This document shows, piece by piece, positions 51,448 through 63,985 of a stretch of DNA of 64,000 nucleotides. The stretch is from the NCBI GenBank assembly GCA_951406725.2, contig OX597831.1:496001-560000 (forward strand), read 5' to 3'. Source of the DNA: Octopus vulgaris. Taxonomy: Eukaryota. A model generated the notes under the pieces. The model worked only from the letters and a program-made list of their open reading frames with translations, did not search any database and was not told the DNA's origin. Position 1 is the first letter of the stretch. Every line of letters starts with the position of its first letter. The position numbers and the translations under genes are program-made.

Positions 51448-54400
51448 GCAGTGGTTGTTGCCATTTGACTGACGCCAGCCCCATTTCACTCAGATTGACA
51501 ACGCTCCAGTCGTGGCCATCCCATTTTACAGTACAGACAGTAGTATATCTGGGATTGCATTTTCCAAGTGTCTTTCCAATTTTGTTTTGAAGATGGTTTG
51601 GGTATGAATTTAAAGATTTGCTCTGCTATTTCGATCGGATGGAACGACCACGTTGGTTTCTTGTCGAAGGGGGGAGAGAGAGAGAGAAAGAAAGAGAAGG
51701 GGAGGAAGAGGGAAAGTGGGGAGAGAGAAGAATAGCTTAAAGAGGATTAAGGGGAGAGGGCGAGAGAGATAAGAGGGGGGATTAAGAATGTGAGGATAAG
51801 TAAGAGGTTTGTTCTATGCATGGCAAGTAAGATATTTACCCCCCCACATCAAACCTGATAAAAGTCGGTCTGTATGTAACTATCCTGTCTTTTTTTCTCC
51901 TTCAGACATATCTTGAATTACATTGAATTTGTCCATCAGGCTGCTATTTCTAATAACTGGAATAACAACAATAAGAAGCGCTGCAGTGTGGTTTAGGCAT
52001 TATTTTATTTCCTTCTTAAAATAAGGTGTAAGGGTGTGATTTGAAGGAGATTTAGCCGCTATTTCTGGTATGCCGTGCGGACCATGCCAGCAGATCTCGT
52101 CTTCGACCTGGTGTTGAAGTTTTTGAATAACAAATCCCCCCCCCCCATCCCAGAAAACCCTCGTTGGGCCACCCGCCCATCACGATACCAAAAGACGAAA
52201 AAAATATTCGGAAATATTTTTACTCACAGTGCAAAAAGCAACAGAGCAATAACCGAGATTTAAGTAAGTATTAATGATAGGTTAGCGAAGAAAAGGAAGG
52301 AGAGATCTCTATTATCAGCCCGGTAAAACCCGCTAGAAAATGCAGCCAAATCGCACATTATTGTTTTACAAAGTAAGACGGCGGCGGCGTGCATGGTATT
52401 GCTTTTAGATAAGGTCTGATGATGGATCAGGGCTGACCTGGGACGAAGTACCAACAATAATAAGTCAGGCAGAAGCAAGAAGAATGAAACGAGAGTTCAT
52501 TTAAGGTAACCATTACCAATCTAGTGTCTATTTTTTTTTCTTTCTCTTACTCTGAAAACGTGACTCCTAACGAAGGGCGTGTATAAGTTTGGATGTGGCT
52601 TTGTTATTTTTTTTTTTTAATATGAAAATGGTCAATATATAATGAATGTAGCAACTAAGCGTGTAGAATCCGATATTTTTGCGCGCGCGAGTATAAATTA
52701 GGAGAAAAAGTACCACAATGAAATAATAAATAAATCGCTTTTCCATACATACAGGCCCATGTGTGTGTATGTATGTATAAATATATATATGTATGTATGT
52801 ACATGCATACAGATATATCAATGAGAGAGTGAGATAAAGAAAGGTAGTAAGAGGAATATGAGGGGGGTTGTAGTGGTGAGAGAAAGACAGGAATGACAGA
52901 GAGAGAGTGGTAAGAGGAAGACAGAGAAAGTATAGGTAGGAAAGAGAAAAGTGAAGATATTTACAATAGAAAGGGAGAGGAAGAGATAGAAAAAGCGCCA
53001 AAAGAGGAGGAATTACAGTTGCAGTGAGAGGAGGAAGGGGGGAAACGATAATAATGTAGTAGTACGGAGTAGCGGCTACTATATAGAAAAAGAAACGCAG
53101 TAAGTAATGAGAGAGGGAGTACAAAGAAAAAATTAGACGGAACTAATGTAGAAGGATGAGTAGAAAGGTAGAGAAAAGAAAAGCAATAAAATAAGGAGAG
53201 GGAGGAGGTGGAAATTAGTTACAACAGAGAGAAGAAGAAAATGATAAAGAATTAGTTAAACGAGAGTAGAAGGGAGAGGATCGCAAAAAAAAAAAAAGAG
53301 AAGAAAGACAGTAAAGGAGAAGTGAGAAAGTGTGCAAGACATTTTCAATAGAGAAAAAGGAAATCGAGGAAGGGGAGGAAAGAGAGGAAGATGGTGTAAG
53401 AGAAACAAAATGAGGGGAAAAGGGTAAGCGAGTAAGTGTATAATGAGAGGGTGTGGTGTGTGTTAAAAAAGAAAAAGAGAGTGAGAAAGAAGAGGTAGAA
53501 AAGGGAGACAAGAGAGGAAGAAGGACAAAGAAAACATTATTACTATTATTGGTAGTAATAGTAGTAGTAGTAGTATCAATTAAATCAACTGTGCTCGTTT
53601 TAGAAATGTTTAAAAATCATTCTTAGTCTTATTAGCGGATGTGGACGTCACCGAAGACTGGTTTTTAAGGATTCAGTTTACTGCCACGTTATGGCTTATA
53701 GCATTATAAATGCTGTAAACAAATCATGTGTGCATGTTTAGCAAGAAATTGCAAAAACCGTCATGTCGTCAACAAGATTATTTTAGCATCCAAAAGCATG
53801 CCTTCCTTCGACTTCCCATTCGAGCTACCCAGGTTAAATGGAGAGGTTTCGAAAGCTTCAACCAGCTAAGTTGGAATTTGTTAAAACAAAATTATTAGAT
53901 AGATAGACAGAGAGTGAGAGAGAGAGAGAAAGGGGGAGATGAAAGGAGGAGGTAAAGACAGAACAGAAAAGTGTATATCAAGCTTCTCCAGTTACTTGCA
54001 GGCGTGTCTATCAATCTATATGTCGTTACTAGGCGAGAACAGGAGGAGTTAAGCAAGAATTTACTGCGTCTGCGGTTTTCGGGTGGCAAAGGGTTCGGGG
54101 ACATATTGTCTGGCATGTGGTAGGTCAAATAAGGTCAGAGAGAGACAGACAGGCAGAGGAATAGAAATTTGTCTAGACAGATTTGGCACGTGTACACTTT
54201 ACATTTCACTTCGCAATCTACCTTACTCGCACACGACATATTATGTAGATAAATATGTATTACAGTAAAATAGAAGTGGGCTGGGGGACAACATGAGTGC
54301 AAGAAAAGATTTTGAGTGTGACTGTGATATGGCGCTGCCTTAAAGGGTTTAGTCGAACAAATCGACCCCAGTACTTATACTTCAAGACCCGGTATATTTC

Positions 54401-54641
54401 AACGTCACCTTAGAGGATGTAGTGAGACTGGTACAGGACCACAAGCGATGGAGAGCTCTGGTGGACCTGGTCGGCTCTATGCATGATGACCCCCATCAAG
54501 AAAGAAACACTTATTCTGTTGGTCGCTATTGCTGAACCGTTAAGTTACGGGAACGTAAATAAACCAACACCGGTTTTCAAGCAGTGGTAGTGGACAAATG
54601 TATATACAAAATCACACATACGTGTATCTATCTATTTATCT

Positions 54642-54933
54642 AGAGTTACTTGCAAATAAATGTGTCAACATGTGACATTATTGACCGAGGTTACCGTGGT
54701 CTTTTCCGTAGGCTTTTCTTTCCACGAATAAACCTTATCTGCTTCCCTCTTTACACTTTACACCATGACATTTCTGTGATACACGATCCCTATTGATCGT
54801 TTTTTTTTCTTTCCTTTTTACGATCCCTTTTGATCGAAAACCTACCTCAAATTTTCCTTTCTCCCCAAAAAGAAAAGCTCTACTTTGTAATTTGTCCCGT
54901 CTGTGTTCAGCCCTGTGTGACTAATAAAGAAAC
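54642..54933 (+). mobile_element. LINE-like 3' UTR fragment (possibly L1/Tx1) inserted in the (TATC)n centre of a SINE A
   Basis: Ends ttgtcccgtctgtgttcagccctgtgtgactaataaagaaa, homologous to the SINE B tail; host SINE A (-) spans about 54330-55100. Confidence 0.6.
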
Positions 54934-55214
54934 ATCTATCTATACGACAGGCTTCTTTCAATTTCTACTAAATGCACTCACAAATGATTTGGTTGGGTCA
55001 AGGCTATAGTAGAGGACACTTGTTCGAGGCACTATGCAATGGGAATGAATCTGGAATCATGTGGTTGGGAAGCAGACTTCTTACCACACAGCCATGCCTG
55101 TCATGTTTATTGGAGTTGAAGGGCAATTGCTGCTGTGTTAATGATGCTTATTCAGATAGAAACATGCACCCTCGTCTTCATAGAAAAATAAAACAGACTG
55201 TTTTTTCTCTAATG

Positions 55215-55752
55215 CAGGAGTCACCAAACATTTTGCCACGGTGGGACAGATAACTGAGAGAATGGTGAGCGGTGGGCCACAGAACCGTTTTGTTCAATAC
55301 AACAGTGGATACACAAAATATAAAGACAACCAACATTTATTTACCAAAAAGTTATCAAAGAAGGTGACGTTAGCAATAAGATAGTTGTATCACTCCCAGT
55401 GCACACATATCTGAATCTCACAAACTAAGCAGCAAAAAGGGTTAGTGAGATTTGTGAAACTGGTGTTTGGCTTTTAAGATATAAATTTTTGCTTTGGAAT
55501 TGCTGCATCCAACCAAGAGAAATTGTTTTCAAATGTTTGTCAGTCCACCTCATTTGATGTGCTGACTTCACATACTTCATTTTTGAGAATGTTTGCTCAC
55601 AGACATAAGTTGTTCCAAACATTGGTGCCATACCAAAGGCAAATGAACTCTCATTGCAGGTACTTACACAAAAGGTACAGTGCAGCGGTGGGGTGGATGA
55701 AGTGACCTCGTGGGCCAGATCTTGTCCATGGGCCTTAGTTTGGTGATCCCTG
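55215..55752 (-). mobile_element. Non-autonomous hAT (Charlie/Buster/SPIN-like) deletion derivative
   Basis: TIRs caggagtcaccaaac / gtttggtgatccctg; 8-bp TSD ctctaatg (55207-55214) vs ctccaatg (55753-55760); minus strand MFGTTYVCEQTFSKMKYVKS..R.TDKHL is a hAT C-terminal dimerisation motif. Confidence 0.92.
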
Positions 55753-57012
55753 CTCCAATGGCATGCCATTTATGGAGGTCTTAATTCCTGAGATTATTTC
55801 CTTTCCTTATTCAGTGATGGTTGGCATTTGCCACTAAGTTTACCTTCTCTAGAACCAAAGAATATGTTAACAAATCAGGATATTATCTTGTATGGTATTT
55901 AATATACCTTCTTATGTGTTTTTTATATAAATTCACGTCACTTGTCATTGCTCTTAGGCCACTGTTTATATGCATGTGTGTGTGAAAATGTAAAGAATGC
56001 AAAACACAACAGCCATACCCTCTGTCAGCTCTTAGTTGCCATTTTTGTTCCTGTCAGTGTCGTACAAGGATTGGCTTTCTCAGTTACCAAACAGAGGAAC
56101 TACTCAATCAGGACGAAATTGAAATACTTGAATCATCATTCATCACTTAATGTCTGCTTTCCATTCTGGTATGGGTCGGACAGCTTGACAGGAACTGACA
56201 AGGAAGGCTAGGGGCCACACCAAGTTTCATAGTTTGTTTTCGCTTGGTTACTATGACTGATTGTCCTGACTAATGCTAACCATTCCACAGAGTGTACTGG
56301 GTACTTTTTATGTGGCACCATCACCAGTGCTTTTTATGTGACACTAGCACCCACACCGATGCTTTTTATGTGACACTTAGGTTTTAGGATCTCAATTCTG
56401 TTGTGGTGGGCAAGTGTTCTTCAGTACAACAATGTACCATAGATCTCGGTCCTCTGTCATCTTCATAAGGTTTGGCATTTTCAGATTAGCCTTCAATACT
56501 TTGTCCCATGTCTCCCTCTTCCACAACTTCCTTCCACTTTAAATGAAAAATACTTTTATTGTAGTATTATATGTTTTTTTTTTTTGAAACCCTATTCTTC
56601 CTTTACAACTTTTGTTTATCAATTTGGAAATTTGAATAGATTTCTTTACCTCTTTTCAGACAAATGGTGATGGAGTGCCAAGTTGAGAAAATGAATTTAT
56701 CTGGCAACCCAATATGATTGCATGTGGGCATGTGTCCACTTTTTCATGTCCACATGGGTTGGATGGAATTTGCTGGGGTAGATTTTCTCTGGCCAGGTGC
56801 CTTTCCTGTTGCCAACCCTCATTTGTTCATACGATAATTACACTTGGTTACAACTCTTACATAATATCAAGACAAAGAGGCACTAACACATACACACTCA
56901 CATTTATGTACAATGGGCTTCTTTCAGTTTCCGTCTACCAAATCTATGCATGAGGCTTTAGCTGGTCCAGGATTATAGTAGAAAACACTAGCTCAAGATG
57001 CCACACAATACC

Positions 57013-57244
57013 TATTTCTTTATTACCCACAAGGGGCTAAACACAGAGGGGACAAACAAGGACAGACATAGGTATTAAGTCGATTACATCGACCCCAGTG
57101 CGTAACTGGTACTTAATTTATCGACCCCCGAAAGGATGAAAGGCAAAGTCGACCTCGGCGGAATTTGAACTCAGAACGTAACGACAGACGAAATACCGCT
57201 AAGCATTTCGCCCGGCGTGCTGACGTTTCTGCCAGCTCGCCACC
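57013..57244 (-). mobile_element. Young full-length SINE B with a 17-bp TSD
   Basis: agatgccacacaatacc at 56996-57012 and 57245-57261. Confidence 0.95.
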
Positions 57245-57542
57245 AGATGCCACACAATACCACTCAACCCAAAACCATGTGGCTGCGAAACAAACTTCTT
57301 AACGACACAAACACATCAGTATGTGTGTATGTATGTTTATATCTATCTATCTATCTAGTTATCTATATAGGCACAGGTATGGCTGTGTTGTAGGAAGCTT
57401 GCTTCCCAACTACATGGTTCCAGGTTCAGTCCCACTGTTTGACACTTAGAGAAGTGTCTTCTACTATAAACTTGGGAGTAGATTTAGTAGATGGAAACTG
57501 AAAGAAGACCATCATATATATCATGATCACCATCATTTAATA

Positions 57543-57922
57543 CTCTTTTACTCTCTTTTACTTGTTTCAGTCATTTGACTGCGGCCATGCTGGAGCACCG
57601 CCTTTAATCGAGGAACTCGACCCCGGGATTTATTCTTTGTAAGCCCAATACTTATTCTATCGGTCTCTTTTTGCCGAACCGCTAAGTAACGGGGACATAA
57701 ACACACCAGCATCGGTTGTCAAGCAATGCTAGGGGACAAACACACACACGCATATATATATATACATATATACGACGGGCTTCATTCAGTTTCCGTCTAC
57801 CAAATCCACTCACAAGGCTTTGGTCGGCCCGAGGCTATGGTAGAAGACACTTGCCCAAGGTGCCACGCAGTGGGACTGAACCCGGAACCATGTGGGTGAT
57901 AGACAAGCTACTTGCCACACAG
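57543..57922 (-). mobile_element. SINE family A, young copy
   Basis: Consensus match; interrupts a family C-like element. Confidence 0.93.
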
Positions 57923-58286
57923 TCTGTTTTCCATGCTGGCATGGGTTGGACGGTTTGATAGGAGCTGGCCAACTGAAGGGCTGTTGAGGCTCCATGTCTG
58001 TTTTGGTATGGTTCCTATGGCTGGATGCCCTTCCTAACACCAATCACCTTACAGAGTGTACTGGGTGCTTTTATGCAGCATCAGCAGGCATGCTTTTTAT
58101 GCGGCACCAGCAGCCACAAGTTGGCAAGATTTGGATCACTCAGCTGAAGAAGGCTGCAAACATACTGTCTGAGCAGATGACTTAATCCATGATTCAGATG
58201 ACTGTAGTGATATGCGAATGAGCAAAAGCTGTTCATTGAATTTTCAGAAGTAGATGTATGCTGCTTTCTTTCTGTTTCTCTCTTAG

Positions 58287-58329
58287 AACAAATGAAGAAA
58301 TTCACTGCTGATGAGTTGGTAAAAACAGG
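58287..58329 (+). other. Candidate small internal exon
   Basis: Strong polypyrimidine acceptor ctttctttctgtttctctcttag| followed by an open frame (QMKKFTADELVKT) and cag|gtgaaa. Confidence 0.25.
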
Positions 58330-58809
58330 TGAAACTATGAGTAGTTTTTCACCGTTTTATAGAGAGAGAGAGAGAGTTCAAATAAGACACAAGATATATT
58401 TACGCAGCAAATTTAAATATATGTTTATCAAATGCATGCATGTGTGTATATCTTTTAAATTTTGATTGGTTTCAGCCATACTGCAACCATACCGAGGTAT
58501 CACTTTGAAGGGATGTAATTGAATGAATCAACCCCTAAGTGCTTATTTTTAAAGAACTTATTGTGTTGGTCTTTATTGGCTGAACCGCTAAATTATTGGG
58601 GCATAAACAAACCGACACTGGTTGTTAAGCCATGATGCAAGTAGTGCTCAAGTATTTTAACTGTTAAGATACACAATATTGGCAAGGTCCTATCAAGGGA
58701 CGTTTCTGAGGTTTGCAGTTGATGGAATCATGAAGGTTTGATGCTGAGTGTGACAGTAAGTAGATCATTGATGTATAGCAGAAACGAGAGTGCAGGATAA
58801 AACCAAACC

Positions 58810-59203
58810 TTTTCTCTTTCTCTTTCTCATGTTTCAGCCATTTGACTGCACCACGCTGGAGCACCGCCTTTAGTCGAGCAAATCGACCCCGGGACTTATT
58901 CTTTGTAAGCCCAGTACTTATTCTATCGGTCTCTTTTGCCGAACCGCTAAGTCACGGGGACGTAAACACACCATCTTCGGTTGTCAAGCAATGCTAGGGG
59001 GACAAACACAGACATACACACACACACACATATATATATATATACATATATACGACAGGCTTCTTTCAGTTTCCATCTACCAAATCCACTCACAAGGCAT
59101 TGGTCGGCCCGGGGCTATAGCAGAAGACACTTGCCCAAGATGCCACACAATGGGACTGAACCCGGAACCATGTGGTTGGTTAGCACTCTACTTACCACAC
59201 AGC
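58810..59203 (-). mobile_element. SINE family A, young copy
   Basis: Consensus match. Confidence 0.93.
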
Positions 59204-59384
59204 GCGCATTTTCTGAGATGAATCAGTGTTGGACAGAAACAGCTCAATCAACATGTGTTGTAATAGTGAGATCTAATAGAAAGCTATCTATTTCAGAGAT
59301 GTGAGATGGACAGAGCCTGTGGGCAGGAAGACTTGCATGCGAGTTACAGTCAAAGGCTTTGTTTATGACCAGGTAACAACATTG

Positions 59385-59656
59385 CTTTCACCAAACTGAG
59401 AGTTGCTGAAGCATGGAACAAACTGCTGGCATCGGTTGTTAGCTGTCGGAGCACTGCATCCTTCAAAACTTCCATGCTTCCTGAGATTCGCCAACACTAC
59501 ACTTGATTTTCTCCCCTCCATACACACACAAGCATGTATCTGACTCATACATTGTTCGCTTTCCAGACATTTCTCCATTACTGCATGTAATTTATATGCA
59601 CTTTCTGACAAGTTGTGGTGCACCTGAGCACTGTATACGATAATTTCATTATTATT
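59385..59656 (+). mobile_element. CR1-clade LINE 3' end
   Basis: RVAEAWNKLLASVVSCRSTASFKTSM resembles the CR1 ORF2 C-terminus (RVV..WN.LP..VV.A.S..SFK), followed by a 3' UTR and (ATT)n tail. Confidence 0.8.
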
Positions 59657-60319
59657 TATTAAACTTTTCGAAAGCAAGAGACATTTACACATAAATATAT
59701 AAATACCTGGGATAAGTTATGCTTAATAGGATTTGAAATGTTTGGTCTATTAATCTCACCTTTGGAGATGAGTCATTTTAAAAAATATTTACATCAACAA
59801 TTTTACAACTAGTTCGATTTATAATATTAACAGAATATATCAATCTCAAAAGATTGCATGTGTGTTTGAGTGCATATATTTTACATGTTCATCTGCTTTG
59901 AGTCAGTTTCTTCATATCAGCATGGGTTAGGCAAAGATGTTATTAAAGGACTATTTTACAGCCTGATGCCCTTCTTAGCACTAAACCTTGATTGTTTTTC
60001 CAAGTAAGGGACCTCTTAATTCAAAAAACTTCAACGGTAGGAAGCGAGTGGGCAGTTTATTGACAGGAGAACCCTGCAGGAACAAGATGAGTGTCATGAA
60101 AGCCAATGCAGATGTAGATACACACACACACACACACACAAATGATGGGCTTCTTTTTCAGTTTATGTCAACCAAAGCCACACAAGACTTTGGTTTGCTT
60201 TGGACTACAACACAAGACACATGTGCAAGGTGCAACGCAGTGAGACTTAACCTGAAGCCCCATGGTTCAGAAGCAAACTTCTTAATGACACAGCAATGCC
60301 TGTGTGTGTGTGTGTGTGT

Positions 60320-60618
60320 GGAGGCGCAATGGCCCAGTAGTTAAGGCAGCGGACTCGCGGTCGGAGGATCGTGGTTTCGATTCCCAGACCGGGCGTTGTG
60401 AGTGTTTATTGAGTGAAAACACCTAAAACTCCACGAAGGTCCAGCAGGGGGGCGGTGGCGATCCCTGCTGTACTCTTTTGCCACAACTTTCACTCATTCT
60501 TATGTTGGCCTGCTTGCTTAGCCAGCGAGGTGGCGTCATTTGAAGGCTAAAACAATGCGAAGCATATTGTGACCAGCGATGTGTAACAACATCTGATAGC
60601 CTGGTCGGTCATGGTGAT
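60320..60618 (+). mobile_element. SINE family D (tRNA-Arg-like head), tail type 2
   Basis: Head as 28840 (ggactcgcggtc); tail gaaggctaaaacaatgcgaagcatattgtgaccagcgatgtgtaac also present at about 24795-24900. Confidence 0.85.
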
Positions 60619-60865
60619 ATATATATATATATCTTAATATCTTTTACTTGTTTCAGTCATTAGACTGCAGCCATGTTGAGGCACTGTCTTGGAGAAATTT
60701 TAGTTAAATGAATCAACCCCAATACTTTATTTTTTATGCTTTTAAGCCTGGTACTTATTCTATCAATCTCTGATGATGAACTGCTAAGTTACAGGGACAT
60801 AAATACACCAACACTAGTTGTCAAGCAGTGGTGGGACACAAACACATACAAAGACATACTCATAA

Positions 60866-60870
<5 letters not shown>

Positions 60871-60940
<70 letters not shown>
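60871..60940. repeat. (TA)n(TG)n microsatellite, one of dozens in the window
   Basis: Direct observation. Confidence 0.97.
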
Positions 60941-60941
<1 letters not shown>

Positions 60942-60947
60942 ATATGT

Positions 60948-61262
60948 AAAAACACAAACTGGGACAAGAACACAAAACATTTAGAAGACGATACAAAAAA
61001 CACGGACGGGACATTCGAAGCCTTCAATCTTCAGTCAAGAACCGGATCATCCTCGCTATTTCGGCTGATTAATCTTAAACATGAAAACACAGAGAAAACA
61101 CAACAACGCGAGGACGTGGAACAAGTATAGTGTTATTGGACGCTCAGGAAGGAAAGAAAGAAGGCGGATTTAACATTTCAAGCGGTGCTCTTTATCAGAA
61201 ACATAGGGAAAGGAAAGATCCAAGGAAGGGAAGATGGAGGAAAAGAAATCGCCAACGATACA
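60948..61262 (-). mobile_element. Penelope-like terminal repeat fragments with a decayed hammerhead motif (61168-61202)
   Basis: Minus strand gttt-CTGATAA-a-gagc(acc)gctt-GAAA-tg-TT-aaat; shares cgctcagga flank with the 36.9 kb copy. Confidence 0.55.
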
Positions 61263-61670
61263 CACACGATATATATATATATATCATCATCATCGTTTAA
61301 CATCCATTCCCATGCTAGCATGGGTTGGACGGTTCGACCGGGGATCTGGGAAGCCAGAAGGCTGCACCAGGCTCCAGTCTAATCTGGCAGTGTTTCTACA
61401 GCTGGATGCCCTTCCTAACGGCAACCACTCCGTGAGTGTAGTGGGTGCTTTTTACGTGCCACCTGCATGTAATACATATATTGCACGTATATATATATAT
61501 ATATACATACAATGGGCTTCTTTCAGTTTCTGTCAGCCAGATTCACTCACAAGGCTTTGGTTAGCTTGAGGCTGTAGAAGACACTCACTCAAGGTGGCAT
61601 ACAGTGTGACTGAAACTGGAACCATGTAGTTGGAAAGCAAGCTTCTTACCACACACCCATGCCTGCGACT

Positions 61671-61738
<68 letters not shown>

Positions 61739-62548
61739 TGTCCATTTCGTTTGATGCTAATGTGTGTTAATTCATATTAGCATAGTTTAAGCAATAGGTA
61801 ATTGAGGCAGAGATTTTTACAACCAGATGCTCTTCCTGTTGACAATCCTTACCTAGTTTTCAAATAAAGAAATTTTTTTTTTAATTCCAGAGAAATCTGA
61901 AAGTACAGAACTAGCAGATGATTTGTTGGTACAGGAAATATCAGCAAATGTCACAGGTTGCAGCCTAGCCACAAATGGCAACATCATCATTTGTAGTCAG
62001 AGTTCACCATAAAACACACACACACAGACAGATATAATATGATGGGTTTCTATCAGATTTTGTCTACCAAAATGTCTCACAGGCATCAGTTGGTTTGGTG
62101 GTATTGTAGAACATGATTTCCCAAGATGCCACATAGTAGGATTGAACCCAAAATCACATGATTGAGAAGGGAACTTCTTGATCACAGAGCCATGCCTGCA
62201 CCTACAATATATATATATATCTTTTATCTGTTTCAGTCATTAGACTTCTGCCATGCTGGGGCACCACTTTGATTGAGGAACTTTTGGGTGATTGAAATGA
62301 CCCCAGAAAAAAATTTTTAAGCCTGATATTTATTCTACTGGTCTCTTTTTGCTGAACCACTAAGTTACTGGGATATAAACAAACAGTGTTGAAAGGCAAA
62401 CACAGACACAAAAACACGTGTATATGACAAGTACTTCTTTCAGTTTCTGTCTACCAAATCCAGTCACAAAGCTTTGGTCAACCTGAGGTATCGTGCAGTG
62501 AGACTGAACCTGGAACCATGTGGTTGGGAAACAAGCTTCTTAGCCATG

Positions 62549-62584
<36 letters not shown>

Positions 62585-62658
62585 CCATCATCATCATCAT
62601 CATTGTTTAACATCCATTTTCCATACTGCCATGGGTTGGATGGTTTGACTGGGGAATC

Positions 62659-62890
62659 AAGGCGGCGAGCTGGCAGAATGGTTAGCACGCTGGGCGAAAT
62701 GCTTAGTGGTATTTCGTCTGCGTTACGTTGTGAGTTCAAATTCCGCCGAGGTCGACTTTGCCTTTCATCCTTTCGGGGTCGATAAATTAAGTACCAGTTA
62801 CGCACTGGGGTCGATGTAATCGACTTAATACCTATGTCTGTCCTTGTTTGTCCCCTCTGTGTTTAGCCCCTTGTGGGTAATAAAGAAATA
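62659..62890 (+). mobile_element. Young full-length SINE B with a 17-bp TSD
   Basis: ggtttgactggggaatc at 62642-62658 and 62891-62907. Confidence 0.95.
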
Positions 62891-63749
62891 GGTTTGACTG
62901 GGGAATCGGTTAGCCAGTAGGCTGCGCTGGGCTCCAGTCTCATCTGGCAAGGTTTCTACAGCTGGATGCCCTTCCTAACGCCAACCACTCCAAGAGTGTA
63001 GAGGGTGTTTTTTACGTGCCACTGGTACAGGAGCCAGTTGAGACTGACATCAACCACGTTTGGGTGGTGCTTTTTACATGCCACTGGCATGGGTAGCCAG
63101 TCAGGCAGCACTGGCATCGCCCCACACTTGAATGGTACCTATTATGTGCCACTGGTATGGGTGCCAGTCAGGCGGCACTGGCAACGGCCACATCTACAAT
63201 TTCCATTTTGATTCCAGTTTTGATTTGCTTATGACTTTTGATTTTACTTGACTCAATAGGTCTTCTCAAGCACAACATATATATACACACACACACACAC
63301 ATCTTTTACTTGTCACAACATATATATCATTTACACCGTCTTGAAAGGTTTTAGTTGAACAAATCAACCCCAGGACTCGTGGTTTTAAAACCTAGTACTT
63401 ATTCTATTGACCTCTTTTGCTGAACCACTAATTTATGGGGATGTAAACACACCAACACCAGTTGTCAAGCAGTGGTGTGGGACAAATGCAGAAACACAGA
63501 TATATACATATATATATAAACAACAGGCTTCTTTCAGTTTCCATCTACCAAATCCACTCACAAGGCTTTGGTTGGCCCTAGGCCACATGATTGGAACACA
63601 AGATGTATAATGGAATTGCAGGCAGCCTGACAGATAATGAAAATTTCATACATAGCAGATGAGCAGGAATAGTTAGAAATAAGAACAATAACAAAATGGG
63701 TTTTTTTTTCAAAAAAAATACAGAAGTCACCATGGGTGACCTATATAAT

Positions 63750-63985
63750 GGTGGTTACCTAAGGTAACCTAATTAACTGCTGGGAGATGGAAGTTCAGAA
63801 AGCACAGCAGCCAGAGTAAGATCAGGGTGGAAAAAAATTCAGGGAACTAAGGGGTTTCTCTCTTGGAGTAAAGGGCAATGTATGATGCTTCAGTGTATAA
63901 TGTGGAATTGAATAATAGCAAAAGAGTGGTATTCTATTATGGAGGATGTGCACAGGCTGGAAAGTACAGCCTGCATAGACTGTAA
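63750..63985 (+). mobile_element. RTE-clade LINE RT remnant
   Basis: GDGSSESTAARVRSGWKKFREL..GFSLGVKG..EDVHRLE resembles the RTE RT C-terminal region; frameshifted. Confidence 0.75.

Noticed and set aside
53727-53870. 47-aa ORF MCACLARNCKNRHVV..
   Set aside because: No recognisable homology or supporting signals
63725-63768. Two adjacent short palindromes (gtcacc..ggtgac, ggttacc-taa-ggtaacc)
   Set aside because: Within a decayed RTE coding remnant; short enough to be chance
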